Of a stretch of DNA of 64,000 nucleotides, positions 1-9,936 are shown in pieces. A program made the translations under genes and the position numbers. Below the pieces are notes generated by a model. The model worked only from the letters and a program-made list of their open reading frames with translations, ran no database searches and was not told the origin of the DNA. The stretch comes from Desulfomicrobium sp. (GTDB taxonomy: Bacteria; Desulfobacterota; Desulfovibrionia; Desulfovibrionales; Desulfomicrobiaceae). Positions within the stretch are counted from its first letter, which is position 1. Every line of letters starts with the position of its first letter. The stretch covers positions 448,001 through 512,000 of the forward strand of contig JAXGMI010000001.1 of the NCBI GenBank assembly GCA_040768745.1, written 5' to 3'.

Positions 1-81
1 CAACCCAACACCTTGGAAGTCTTTCTCGCGGACCTTGAACGCGACAGATAGTTTCTCCAACCACATACCCAAGGATCTACC

Positions 82-507
82 ATGACACTTGCAGAGGGAA
101 CCAGGGTCCTGGTTCATTACACCGGAACACTTGACGACGGGACGCAGTTCGACTCTTCCCGGGGGCGCGAACCCCTGGAAGTTATTCTGGGCCAGAATAT
201 GGTCATTCCAGGCTTTGAACAGGCCATTGTCGGGATGGACGTCGGACAGACAGTGACCGTGACCATCGCCGAAGAACATGCCTACGGGCCCCACAACGAG
301 GAGATGGTCATCCGTGTTCCCAAAACCTCCTTTCCCCCCGAAATCAAGGTCGCGGTCGGAGAGCAGCTCATCCTGCGTTCTCCAGAAGGGCACGAAGTTC
401 CCGCCCTCATCGTGGACGTGAACGAGGAAGACGCCACCCTGGACGCCAACCACCCCCTGGCCGGCTTTGCCCTGACGTTCGAGATCGAGCTGATCAGCGT
501 GGGCTAG
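82..507 (+). CDS. FKBP-type peptidyl-prolyl cis-trans isomerase (SlyD/FkpB-like)
   Basis: VHYTGTLDDGTQFDSS, VIPGFE, AYG and LDANHPLAG..LTFEIE motifs; AAGGA RBS upstream. Confidence 0.92.
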   Translation: MTLAEGTRVLVHYTGTLDDGTQFDSSRGREPLEVILGQNMVIPGFEQAIVGMDVGQTVTVTIAEEHAYGPHNEEMVIRVPKTSFPPEIKVAVGEQLILRSPEGHEVPALIVDVNEEDATLDANHPLAGFALTFEIELISVG

Positions 508-662
508 GGGTTGCGCAACAAGACCTCGAGCCCGTGTTCTGGTTGACGCTCCTGCCCATAAGGGCATCACGATGCCTTGCTTCGCGAAGACTCCTTGCGA
601 TGACGCCCTTTCTTCCGTCGATTGCGAGGAGTCTTTGACGGGCAGAGGTGTTCTTCAACCCC
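507..662. repeat. Intergenic structured palindromic element (REP/MITE-like or ncRNA)
   Basis: Ends GGGGTTG...CAACCCC; internal stems ctgccc/gggcag, gggcatc/gatgcct and aagactccttgcga/ttgcgaggagtctt. Confidence 0.45.
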
Positions 663-681
663 AGCCGGTCCCGAGCCCAGC

Positions 682-716
682 AAAAAAGGGACCCGGCGCC
701 ATGCCGAAATCCCTTA
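682..716 (-). terminator. Probable rho-independent terminator of relA/spoT
   Basis: aaaaaagggacccggc..gccgaaatccctt: stem followed by a U-tract on the minus strand. Confidence 0.5.
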
Positions 717-762
717 TCCCTTTTCAAACCCCAACCCGTTACACAGGCAAAGCACCCCGTCC

Positions 763-2919
763 CTAGCCCGTGGCGAATCTGGTCACCTCGTGCACCGACT
801 CCAGTTTGCGCAGCTTCTCGATGATCCCGTAGAGCTGCGTGGTGGTCTTGACCTCGATCACGAAATCCATCTCCGACATGCCGTCCACACTGGAATTGAA
901 CTGACCGGAGTCGATATTGACTCCTTCCTTGGCCAGCAGCCCGGTAATCTGACTGAGCATCCCGCGCTCGTTCTTGCAGATGACCCTGATCCGGGCCGGC
1001 AATACCTTGGATTCTTCCTGTCCACCCCAACTCACGTCCAGGAGCCGCTCCACCTCCATGTTGGCCACATTGGGACAGTCCTGGGTATGGATGGTCACGC
1101 CCAACCCTCGGCTGATGTACCCGACGATGGGGTCCCCCGGCAGCGGGTTGCAGCACTGGGCGTAGCGGATGAGCACATCATCCACGCCCTTGATGAAGAT
1201 GGCGTCGTTCTTGTCCTTGGACTTGGCCGGAGCTTGTGCCCCTGAGCGATCCTGGGGTTTGCGCTCTTCGGCTTTCTGTTCTTCTTTGGGAAGCAGTTTC
1301 CTGAGCACCTGCTTGGGAGTGATGCGGCCATGACCCACTGCAGAAAAAAGGTCGTCTACCTGCCGGAAGGAAAACTCGCGGACCACGGGCTCGAATTCCC
1401 CATTCTTCAACGCCTTGGAGACATTCACCCCCATGCGGCGACCTTCCTTCTCCAGCAGTTCGCGGGCCAGGGTCAGGCTGCGGGCCCGCTCTTCCGTCCC
1501 GATCCAGTGCTTGATCCTGGATCTGGCCTTGCCGGATTTGACGAAGTGCAGCCAATCCCGGCTCGGACTGCGGGAGGCGTCGGTGATGATCTCCACGGTG
1601 TCCCCATTCTTGAGCGCGGTATTGAGGGGGACAATACGGCCATTGACCTTGGCCCCGGCGCAGTGGTTCCCGACCTCTGTGTGGATCGTATAGGCGAAAT
1701 CCACAGGTGTGGACCCCTCGGGCAGTTCCTTGACCTGACCCTTGGGGGTGAAAGCGTAGACCTCGTCCTGGGAGAGATCCAGGCTCAGGGTGGACATGAA
1801 GTCACGCGAGTCCTTCAGGTCGCCCTGCCAATCCAGGATCTGCCGCAGCCAGCTGAACCGGTCCGCCTCCTGCGCCTTCTTGCTGCCCTGTTCCTTGTAG
1901 GCCCAATGGGCGGCCACCCCGTTTTCGGCCAGCTGGTGCATTTCCTCGGTACGGATCTGAATCTCAATGCGTTCGCCATCCGGCCCGATGACCGTGGAGT
2001 GCAGGCTCTGGTACATGTTGGCCTTGGGCATGGAGATGTAGTCCTTGAACTTGCCCGGCACGGGTTTCCACAGGGAATGGACCAGCCCCAGCACGGTGTA
2101 GCACTCGCGCAGGTTGTTCACGACGACCCGGAAGGCGATCATGTCAAAGACCTGGTCCAGGGTCAGACCGCGCTGCTTCATTTTGTGGTAGATTGAGTAG
2201 ACATGCTTGACCCGGCCCTTGACCCGGCCCTTGATGTCATTCTCCTCCAGCACGGTCTGGATCATGGCGCAGACCTTGTCGATATAGGCCTGCCCCTGCT
2301 GCTCATAACGGTCAATGCCTTCGGAAATCTGGGCGTATACGTCGGGTTTCAGATACCTGAGGCTCTGGTTCTCCAGCTGCACCTTGATGCGATAAAGGCC
2401 CAGACGGTTGGCCAGGGGGGCGTAGATGCCCAGGGTCTCCTGGGCAATGGCCCGCTGCTTGTATTCTTTCTGGAACTCCAAGGTGGAAATGTTATGCAAC
2501 CTGTCGGCCAGCTTGACCAGCAGAACCCGTATATCGTCGGCCATGGCCAGGATCATCTTGCGGATATTCTCGGCCTGGGCCTGTTCCTTGGACTCGAAAT
2601 TCATCTTGCTGATCTTGGTCACGCCTTCGACAATGGCCGCCACATCGGGTCCGAACTGATTGGAAATCTGAACAATGGAGGCTTCAGTGTCCTCAACCGT
2701 GTCATGCAGCAGTCCTGCAGCAATGGTCGCCGCATCCAGACGCAAATCCGCCAGGATATGGCTGACCTCCAGTGGGTGGGAAAGGTAGGGTTCCCCTGAA
2801 AGACGGATCTGGCCGGCATGGGCCGCCGCTGAGAAGACGTAGGCCTTCTGCACCAGGGCCACGTCGGAGGCTGGAAGATAGGCGGATGCCTGGTCCAGAA
2901 TATCTGTGATGCGAATCAT
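763..2919 (-). CDS. relA: Bifunctional (p)ppGpp synthetase/hydrolase (long RSH)
   Basis: R.SGEPY..HP, LHDTVED hydrolase motif, KLADRLHN, YQSLH, EIQIRT, TGS (FTPKG...DFAY.IHT) and C-terminal ACT; start uncertain (2919 or 2982). Confidence 0.95.
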   Translation of the reverse strand: MIRITDILDQASAYLPASDVALVQKAYVFSAAAHAGQIRLSGEPYLSHPLEVSHILADLRLDAATIAAGLLHDTVEDTEASIVQISNQFGPDVAAIVEGVTKISKMNFESKEQAQAENIRKMILAMADDIRVLLVKLADRLHNISTLEFQKEYKQRAIAQETLGIYAPLANRLGLYRIKVQLENQSLRYLKPDVYAQISEGIDRYEQQGQAYIDKVCAMIQTVLEENDIKGRVKGRVKHVYSIYHKMKQRGLTLDQVFDMIAFRVVVNNLRECYTVLGLVHSLWKPVPGKFKDYISMPKANMYQSLHSTVIGPDGERIEIQIRTEEMHQLAENGVAAHWAYKEQGSKKAQEADRFSWLRQILDWQGDLKDSRDFMSTLSLDLSQDEVYAFTPKGQVKELPEGSTPVDFAYTIHTEVGNHCAGAKVNGRIVPLNTALKNGDTVEIITDASRSPSRDWLHFVKSGKARSRIKHWIGTEERARSLTLARELLEKEGRRMGVNVSKALKNGEFEPVVREFSFRQVDDLFSAVGHGRITPKQVLRKLLPKEEQKAEERKPQDRSGAQAPAKSKDKNDAIFIKGVDDVLIRYAQCCNPLPGDPIVGYISRGLGVTIHTQDCPNVANMEVERLLDVSWGGQEESKVLPARIRVICKNERGMLSQITGLLAKEGVNIDSGQFNSSVDGMSEMDFVIEVKTTTQLYGIIEKLRKLESVHEVTRFATG

Positions 2920-3208
2920 GCTTATCCTGTGAGTTCGGGAAGATGGCTCCGATGTTCCACCCTGAAATTGGCCCTCGGGCATCAAAAAGTCAACTTCTCT
3001 TTGAAACGGCCCTGCCCCAGTACAGATCCCCACACCGCTGCGGCGTGAAAATCGGGACATGGCCATAAAAATATCCCAGCCCCTTGATAAAGAATTGTGA
3101 TTTGATTAAATGGTTCTATTGTGTCATCCCGCGCTCCGCGCTGAACACGCGTCGCGGAAAAAGACCTTTCTGGCCGTCCTGCGATTTCCATGGAGCTGAA
3201 AGCAATAC

Positions 3209-6200
3209 ATGTCCCACACTGTTGAAGAACGCGTCCAACGCATCCTGAACACCTTTATGTCGGAAAACATCCCCGAACACATCCGCGACGGGGCCCAATA
3301 CCTGATCGCCGGTGGCGGCATCCAGAAAATCGACGTCCGCCGGGATGAAGAATCCTGGGACGTGGAGGGCCAGATCCAGGGGGACGATTTCCAGACCTAT
3401 ACTTCGGAACTGGGCATCGACCTGGGCCACGGCAGCATCCATTCCTACTGCAACTGCGAGGACTCCTTTTCCGGGATTTGCCGGCACGTGGCGGCCATGG
3501 CCATGGACCTTGCAGCCAGGCTCGACGTCAAACACGAGGCTGAGCCCCAGCCCCTCAAATCGGAATGGAAACACAGCTTCCGCTCGTTCTTTTCCACTGC
3601 CCTGGAGCCGGAACCGGGACAGCATTATTTCATATTCCGGTTCTTTGCCGAACCTGGGCGATTGCTGGTGGAATTCTTCCGCGCCCGTCAGAACAAGTCA
3701 GGGTTGTCCACGGTGCAGAATCCTGTGTCCCTGGAGCAGATCATCCGCAACCCGGACTGGTGTGAAATATCCCCTGACCTGCCGAAAGTCAGCGAGCAGA
3801 TCGGCCAGTACCTGGATTACTACGGACACCGGGTGGAGATACCCTTCGGCCTGATGACGTGGTTCTTCTGGGCCATCAAAAACGAATATTACCAACTCTG
3901 GGAAGAGACCGAGCAACCCGTACGCATTGAAAGCACACCCATGCGTCTGCAGTTGCGGCCCAAATTCACCGAGGAGGGCCTGTCCTTCGACATCATGCTT
4001 GGCCGCGAAGGCAAGGTACCCTTCTCGATCCTGAACCAGAAAGTGAGTTTTTACGGACAAATCCCGCTCTGGGTCTGCCTGAAACACAGTTTCTACCCTG
4101 TTCAGACGGGCCTGCGCCCCAGTCTCATCCAGGAGCTGGTCACGGCTCCACCGGTCATCCCCCACGCGGATATCTCAGAATTTCTGGACAGGGTCTGGAC
4201 CCAGATTCCCGCTTCCGACCTTCACGGGCAGGATGAATTTCTTGAACGCATGCAGCCCATTTTCGTACCCGCCGCGTACAACCCCAAGCTCTTCCTCAAC
4301 GAAGAAGGCAGCCTGCTGACCCTTGAAATCCAGAACATCTACGAAACCGAGCACGGAGACATCTTTCTGCCCGGCCCGAACCAGGATCTGCAGACCGGCA
4401 GCTACCAGTTCGAAGGCAAATCCTTTCTCATCCGTCGCGATCAGGAGGAGGAGGAGACCCTGCTGACCACTCTCGTGGACATGAACTTCCAACCCAGAAA
4501 CAATGCCATCTGGTTCCTGGAACCGGAGGAGGCCATCACCTTCCTGCTGGATTCCTATCCCAAGCTCGTCGAAGCCTACCGGGTGTACGGCGAGAAGGAT
4601 CTGACCCGCTACAAGGTCCGGCTCACCTCTCCCAACGTCGTGGCCACGGTGGAGACCCAGGAAGAAGACAAGTGGTTCAACCTGGAGATCAATGTCCAGT
4701 ACGACGATATCTCCGTGCCCATCGACAAGATCTGGAAGGCCTGGACCCAGGGCAAGCGCTATGTCCAGCTCAAGGACGGATCCTATACCAGCCTCCCTGA
4801 ATCATGGCTGGAGAAGCTTGGACATAAGCTCGTCGCCCTGGGGCTCGATCCGGAGAAGCCCCCCAAGAAACGGTTTGAAAACTTCGAAGCCCCGGTCCTG
4901 GATAAAATCCTGGAGGACATCCCTGAAACCACCTCGGACGGCTTCTGGGACACATTGCGTGAAAAAATAAATGATTTCAAAGAAATAGAACAAATTTCCG
5001 CGCCCAGGCACTTGAATGCCACCCTCCGCCCCTACCAGCTTCAGGGCATGAGTTACATGAACTTCCTGCGCGAATACCATTTTGGCGGAATCCTGGCCGA
5101 CGAGATGGGCCTGGGCAAAACCATCCAGACCCTGTCCTTCCTGCAATACATGAAGGAGAAAGGGAACAAGGGCCCAAACCTCATCATCGTCCCCACCTCG
5201 GTATTGCCCAACTGGGAACGCGAGGCCCAGAAATTCGTGCCGGACATGAAGCGGCTTGTCATCTACGGGGCCCGGCGCGAAAACCTGTTCAAGAAGATCG
5301 AATCCTCGGAACTCATTATCACGACCTATGCCCTGTTGCGCCGGGACCTGGATGAATTGCTCAAATTCGAGTTCAATGCCATCATTCTGGATGAAGCCCA
5401 GAACATCAAGAACCCGAACACCATAACGGCCAGGAGCGTTCGCAAGATGCAGGCCCGTTTCAGGCTCTGCCTGTCAGGTACGCCTATCGAGAACACCCTG
5501 CTGGAACTGTGGTCCCTGTTCGAATTCCTCATGCCGGGTTTCCTGGGCTCCCAGGCGTCTTTCCAGAAAGGTTTTGTCAAGCCCATCAAGGACGGTGACG
5601 ACGACAGCCTGGGCTACCTCAAGGCCCGGGTCAAACCCTTCATCCTGCGCCGGACAAAGAATAAAGTGGCCAAGGATCTGCCGCCCAAGGTGGAAAACAT
5701 CTACTACTCCGCCCTGCTGGACGACCAGATGGAACTCTATGCGGCCCTGGCCAAGAAGCTCAAAGAGCAGGTTCTGCAGGACGTGGACGAGAAAGGCATC
5801 GGCCAGAGCCAGATCTCCATTCTGGACGCATTGCTCAAGCTCCGGCAGATCTGCTGCCACCCGAGACTCCTCAAGCTTGACATGCCTGGCCTCCATCCCA
5901 ATTTGTCCTCGGGCAAGTTCGAGGCCTTCAAGGATCTGGTCACTTCCATTATCGACGACGGGCACAAGGTCCTGGTCTTCTCTCAATTTGTGCAGATGCT
6001 GCACATCATCCGCAACTGGCTGAACATGGTCGAAATTCCTTTCTGCTATTTGGACGGCACCTCCAAGGACCGCTTCGAACAGGTGGACAAGTTCAACAAT
6101 ACACCCGAGATCCCCATCTTCCTCATTTCCCTCAAGGCTGGCGGGACCGGGCTCAACCTGACTTCGGCAGACTATGTCATCCATTACGACCCGTGGTGGA

Positions 6201-6415
6201 ACCCGGCCGTAGAGGACCAGGCCACTGACCGCACCCATCGAATTGGTCAGACCCGCCAGGTCTTTTCCTACAAGATGATCTGCGAGAATACGGTGGAGGA
6301 AAAGATCCTGAAACTCCAGGAATCCAAGAAAGGCATCGCCGATTCGATCATACCGGGCCAGTCGGCCTGGAAGAGCCTGACCCGCTCGGACCTGGAGATG
6401 CTGTTCGAGGTCTAA
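3209..6415 (+). CDS. SWIM zinc finger / SNF2-family helicase
   Basis: CNC..ICRHV SWIM motif; LADEMGLGKT, DEAQNIKN, SGTPIEN, WWNPAVEDQATDRTHRIGQ. Confidence 0.93.
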   Translation: MSHTVEERVQRILNTFMSENIPEHIRDGAQYLIAGGGIQKIDVRRDEESWDVEGQIQGDDFQTYTSELGIDLGHGSIHSYCNCEDSFSGICRHVAAMAMDLAARLDVKHEAEPQPLKSEWKHSFRSFFSTALEPEPGQHYFIFRFFAEPGRLLVEFFRARQNKSGLSTVQNPVSLEQIIRNPDWCEISPDLPKVSEQIGQYLDYYGHRVEIPFGLMTWFFWAIKNEYYQLWEETEQPVRIESTPMRLQLRPKFTEEGLSFDIMLGREGKVPFSILNQKVSFYGQIPLWVCLKHSFYPVQTGLRPSLIQELVTAPPVIPHADISEFLDRVWTQIPASDLHGQDEFLERMQPIFVPAAYNPKLFLNEEGSLLTLEIQNIYETEHGDIFLPGPNQDLQTGSYQFEGKSFLIRRDQEEEETLLTTLVDMNFQPRNNAIWFLEPEEAITFLLDSYPKLVEAYRVYGEKDLTRYKVRLTSPNVVATVETQEEDKWFNLEINVQYDDISVPIDKIWKAWTQGKRYVQLKDGSYTSLPESWLEKLGHKLVALGLDPEKPPKKRFENFEAPVLDKILEDIPETTSDGFWDTLREKINDFKEIEQISAPRHLNATLRPYQLQGMSYMNFLREYHFGGILADEMGLGKTIQTLSFLQYMKEKGNKGPNLIIVPTSVLPNWEREAQKFVPDMKRLVIYGARRENLFKKIESSELIITTYALLRRDLDELLKFEFNAIILDEAQNIKNPNTITARSVRKMQARFRLCLSGTPIENTLLELWSLFEFLMPGFLGSQASFQKGFVKPIKDGDDDSLGYLKARVKPFILRRTKNKVAKDLPPKVENIYYSALLDDQMELYAALAKKLKEQVLQDVDEKGIGQSQISILDALLKLRQICCHPRLLKLDMPGLHPNLSSGKFEAFKDLVTSIIDDGHKVLVFSQFVQMLHIIRNWLNMVEIPFCYLDGTSKDRFEQVDKFNNTPEIPIFLISLKAGGTGLNLTSADYVIHYDPWWNPAVEDQATDRTHRIGQTRQVFSYKMICENTVEEKILKLQESKKGIADSIIPGQSAWKSLTRSDLEMLFEV

Positions 6416-6474
6416 CACCAGATTGCATGCAAAGCGGGGAGATGGCATGCCTCTTTCCCCGATTTTCGGAAAAC

Positions 6475-6849
6475 ATGTACCTGCTCGCCGCCAACCTGGT
6501 TCTTCTCCTGCACCTTGCCTTCATCTGCCTGGTCGCTGTCGGCGGACTGATCGCGATGCGCTTCCCGCGCTTCGCCTTCATACACATCCCTTCCGCCATC
6601 TGGGGATTTCTGGTGGAAGCCTTTGGATGGTACTGTCCGTTGACAGAACTGGAAACCACCTTCCTGCGCCGGGCCGCAGAAACCGGATATGAGTCAGGCT
6701 TTCTCGGGCACTATCTGATGGCCGCAATCTACCCTGCAGGCCTGACCCGGCAAACCCAGATTTTCCTGGCCGCAGCCCTCGTCGGGCTCAATGTGGGCCT
6801 CTACGGATTGATGCTGTACCGGCGTACACAACGCGGTGCACGGTCGTGA
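6475..6849 (+). CDS. DUF2784-like membrane protein
   Basis: Hydrophobic; LHLAF, HIP...WG, CPLT.LE, GF..HY...IYP pattern. Confidence 0.75.
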   Translation: MYLLAANLVLLLHLAFICLVAVGGLIAMRFPRFAFIHIPSAIWGFLVEAFGWYCPLTELETTFLRRAAETGYESGFLGHYLMAAIYPAGLTRQTQIFLAAALVGLNVGLYGLMLYRRTQRGARS

Positions 6850-6916
6850 ACAAATTCGGGCACTGATCCATCCCAGGGTCATGGTCTGCAAACCGCGCCA
6901 AACCGTGCATCCCCTT

Positions 6917-7777
6917 TCACCCGCGCGGTTGATCTTTAAGCAGGGATTGCAGCACGGCATGGGTCCGGGCCGGATAATCGGTGATAATGGCCGTGGCTCC
7001 GTCCCGGACCATCCGGAGGATGTCGCCAGCCTGGTTCACCGTGTAGACATTGACGTCAAATCCCCCTGCACGGATGTCGTGGATCCTGCCTGCCCAGAGG
7101 CCTCCCAGGGAAGGATGCAGGGCCTTGGCTTCCAGATCCTTCAACCGGACAAGGATTTCTTGGGTGGGAAGCCGCAGTGCGGTCTCATCCATCAGAAGTC
7201 CGACGGGCACCTGCGGGCAAAGGGTCCGAAAATACTCCAGGGATTTCTGCCGAAACGAGGAGACCAGCACGTGCCGGAAGGCTCCCGTTTTTTTGATCTC
7301 GGCGGCCACCCCTCTGACCAGACCGCGATCATCCCCGCCGAGCATGTCCTTGACCTCGACATTGGCGAAAAACCCTGCCCCAAGAGTCCAGGACAGGGCC
7401 TCGGCCAGGGTTGGGATGGTTTCCCCTGCAAAATATTTCAGGTCCTCCGCACCCACCTGTCCGCTGGCCACGGTTCCAAATGGATCCCGCCGCGCAAACC
7501 AACTGCCGGCGTCCAATCGGCGAATCTGATCAAGACTCAAGTGACTGACAAGGTGCTTGGGGCGTGGCGGCATGTCAGGCAACCCGGCGATATTCGTCAC
7601 CCTGCGCAAGCCCTGATCATGGGCGACAACGATGGCACCATCGCGGGTGATGCGCACGTCCAGCTCCCAGCCATGCGCCCCTTGGGCCAAAGCGGCCCTG
7701 GCTGCGGCTAAGGTATTCTCAGGAGCAACGCTCCGGGCTCCGCGGTGAGCCCAGACTTCGGGGACGACTGCCAGCAT
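6917..7777 (-). CDS. Glycerophosphodiester phosphodiesterase
   Basis: AHRGA...PENT, ELDV..T.DG..VV.HD, NVEVK, SSF, YTVN, IITDYP. Confidence 0.92.
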   Translation of the reverse strand: MLAVVPEVWAHRGARSVAPENTLAAARAALAQGAHGWELDVRITRDGAIVVAHDQGLRRVTNIAGLPDMPPRPKHLVSHLSLDQIRRLDAGSWFARRDPFGTVASGQVGAEDLKYFAGETIPTLAEALSWTLGAGFFANVEVKDMLGGDDRGLVRGVAAEIKKTGAFRHVLVSSFRQKSLEYFRTLCPQVPVGLLMDETALRLPTQEILVRLKDLEAKALHPSLGGLWAGRIHDIRAGGFDVNVYTVNQAGDILRMVRDGATAIITDYPARTHAVLQSLLKDQPRG

Positions 7778-8149
7778 GGTCTGCTCCAACCCGGTCGAAG
7801 GGGAAACGGCCCTGAGCCCCACGGCGACAATCCCGCAAAGGCTGACACACCCTGAACAGCAGCACAGACTGGCTGTGGATGCACGTGTCAGGACCTGGCC
7901 ACCTTCATTATCAGTCGACCGGGCACTCCTTTTTGTCACATTCTGAAGCGTGCAGAAAACGCATGGCTGGCGGCGTGACGACGTTCAGATTTGCCTTCAT
8001 GGTTCGTATTTCGGACTTCCATGGTGTGAGTAATAATGCAGCTTCAGTCTCCATAATCATCAATTATTCTCCTTATACCTGGAAATACTCAGCAATAGCG
8101 GCAGATTTTTACCCATCTGGCAATGCAACCCCATGGGATTCCAACAGAC

Positions 8150-8348
8150 TGAGTTTACTTGTTTTTATTTTTTTATATATATTTCAATATATTATTCTAA
8201 AAACACGCGAATGATCCCTTTTTGGACAAAGAATCCCTTTAGTTTGATTTCTAAATTCAAAAAATTGAGAAAATAAAAGAAAATTTTAGATTTTAATTTT
8301 TATTATGTGGAAAATAGTTTTATTCTTGTGATAAAAAAAACATTGACG
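8150..8348. promoter_or_regulatory. Very AT-rich upstream region of the dnaA paralog with one consensus DnaA box
   Basis: A/T tracts; TGTGGAAAA at 8306-8314 (reverse complement TTTTCCACA fits TTWTNCACA); TTGACG near 8343. Confidence 0.45.
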
Positions 8349-8530
8349 CTCGGTCATCCATGGCCCTTCGGGGAATGCGCGGATCCCATGGAAAGCCGGG
8401 AGTACGTCTGTTCTGGCTATTCGTAATGATATGAGTGTATTACGTTGTACAGAAACAGATCCACCAACTTCTCGCATCCGGACTTTCCCGGAGTTGTCGC
8501 CAGGTCCTCACTTGGCTAGGGATCACTCCC

Positions 8531-9877
8531 ATGACTTCCCCATGGAACCGTATCTCTCTCGCACTTGAACAATGCCTTGCTCCGGGGCTTTTTCAACTCT
8601 GGATCAAGCCTCTGCGCGGATGTCTGGAAGATGATGTCCTTGTGTTGCGTGCGCCAAACGAATTCGTGCGCAGCAAGGTCAACGACCGCCTGATGGACAC
8701 GATCCGCGAAGTAGCCACCGAGAGTCTCGGTTACTCTCCGCGGATCGACCTGGGCACATTGTCAGCCATCCCCTCCACTCCAGCCTTGCCCGCCCCGGAA
8801 AAAAAGATCGTCACCAGACAAATGGGCCTGCCCATGACGCACCCCCTGACCACGCAGGTCGTGCAAAGCTGGCGACACCAGTTCGATGACTTCATTGTGG
8901 GACCTTGCAATAATTTAGCATACATGGCTTCTCGCAGTTTCTGCCAGGATATGCAGGGTTCCGAGCAGCTCTTTCTCTGCTCAGCCCCAGGCCTGGGCAA
9001 GACCCACCTGGTGCAGGCCATTGGCAATGAGATCGCCCGGCAGACCAACCGAAACCATTTGCGAATCAGCTACCTGAGCGGCGAGGAATTCGCCTCGCAA
9101 CTCGTCATGGCCATCAAAGCCAAGACTGTGGAGCAGTTCAAGACCCGCTTTCGGAACAATGTGGACTTCCTTCTTCTGGAAGACATCCACTTTTTCCAGG
9201 GCAAGGAGAAAATGCAGGATGAACTCCTCAATACGCTGAAGTCACTGCAAAACCAAGGCAGGCGCGTGGTCCTGACCAGCACCTTTCTGCCCCGCGAACT
9301 GACGGACATAGACCCCAATCTCGTGTCCCGTTTTGCCCAGGGGTTTATGGCGGTCATTGATAAGCCAGACCATCAGACCCGGCTCAACATCATTGCATCC
9401 AAAGCCCACTGCGCCCAGGTCCACATGCCCGGCAGCGTGGCCCAGCTGCTGGCAGATCGAATCAGGAACGACGTCCGCCAGCTTGAGAGCTGCCTGAAGA
9501 ACATCATCCTCAAGGCCAAGCTGCTGAACGTGGACATCTCCATGGACCTGGCCTGGAACGTGCTCAACAACTACGCGCTGGATGACGCATCTCTGGACCT
9601 GGACAAGATCATCAGCTTTGTCTGCCAGGCGTATGGTCTCGGCCTGGACGAATTGCGTTCCAAAAGCAGAAAGAAGGAACGCGTCGTGGCCCGCAATACC
9701 GCCTACTATTTGGCCCGCAAACATACCGACCTCTCTCTGGTGGACATCGGCCGGAGATTCAACCGCAAGCACTCCACGGTGATCAAGGGCATTGCCTCGG
9801 TGGAGCAGGAAGTCTCCCGCAAGACGGCCCTGGGCAATCAGATTGCCCGGACCATCAGACAGCTGCAGGCGCGATAA
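8531..9877 (+). CDS. dnaA: DnaA-family replication initiator (divergent paralog)
   Basis: Domain I WIKPL/APNEF, FDDFIVGPCN, Walker A PGLGKTHL, LLLEDIHF, VRQLE, domain IV IGRRFNRKHSTVI. Confidence 0.88.
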   Translation: MTSPWNRISLALEQCLAPGLFQLWIKPLRGCLEDDVLVLRAPNEFVRSKVNDRLMDTIREVATESLGYSPRIDLGTLSAIPSTPALPAPEKKIVTRQMGLPMTHPLTTQVVQSWRHQFDDFIVGPCNNLAYMASRSFCQDMQGSEQLFLCSAPGLGKTHLVQAIGNEIARQTNRNHLRISYLSGEEFASQLVMAIKAKTVEQFKTRFRNNVDFLLLEDIHFFQGKEKMQDELLNTLKSLQNQGRRVVLTSTFLPRELTDIDPNLVSRFAQGFMAVIDKPDHQTRLNIIASKAHCAQVHMPGSVAQLLADRIRNDVRQLESCLKNIILKAKLLNVDISMDLAWNVLNNYALDDASLDLDKIISFVCQAYGLGLDELRSKSRKKERVVARNTAYYLARKHTDLSLVDIGRRFNRKHSTVIKGIASVEQEVSRKTALGNQIARTIRQLQAR

Positions 9878-9909
9878 AAAGGCCCGCACCCGGATTCCGG
9901 GCCGGGCTT
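9876..9909. terminator. GC hairpin between convergent dnaA and HD-GYP genes
   Basis: aaaaaggcccgcacccggattccgggccgggctt. Confidence 0.55.
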
Positions 9910-9936
9910 GGCCACGTCAAACCAGTCGTTTTCGTC

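Noticed and set aside
8150..8530. oriC call
   Set aside because: Only one consensus DnaA box was found, no dnaN is adjacent, and skew cannot be evaluated here.
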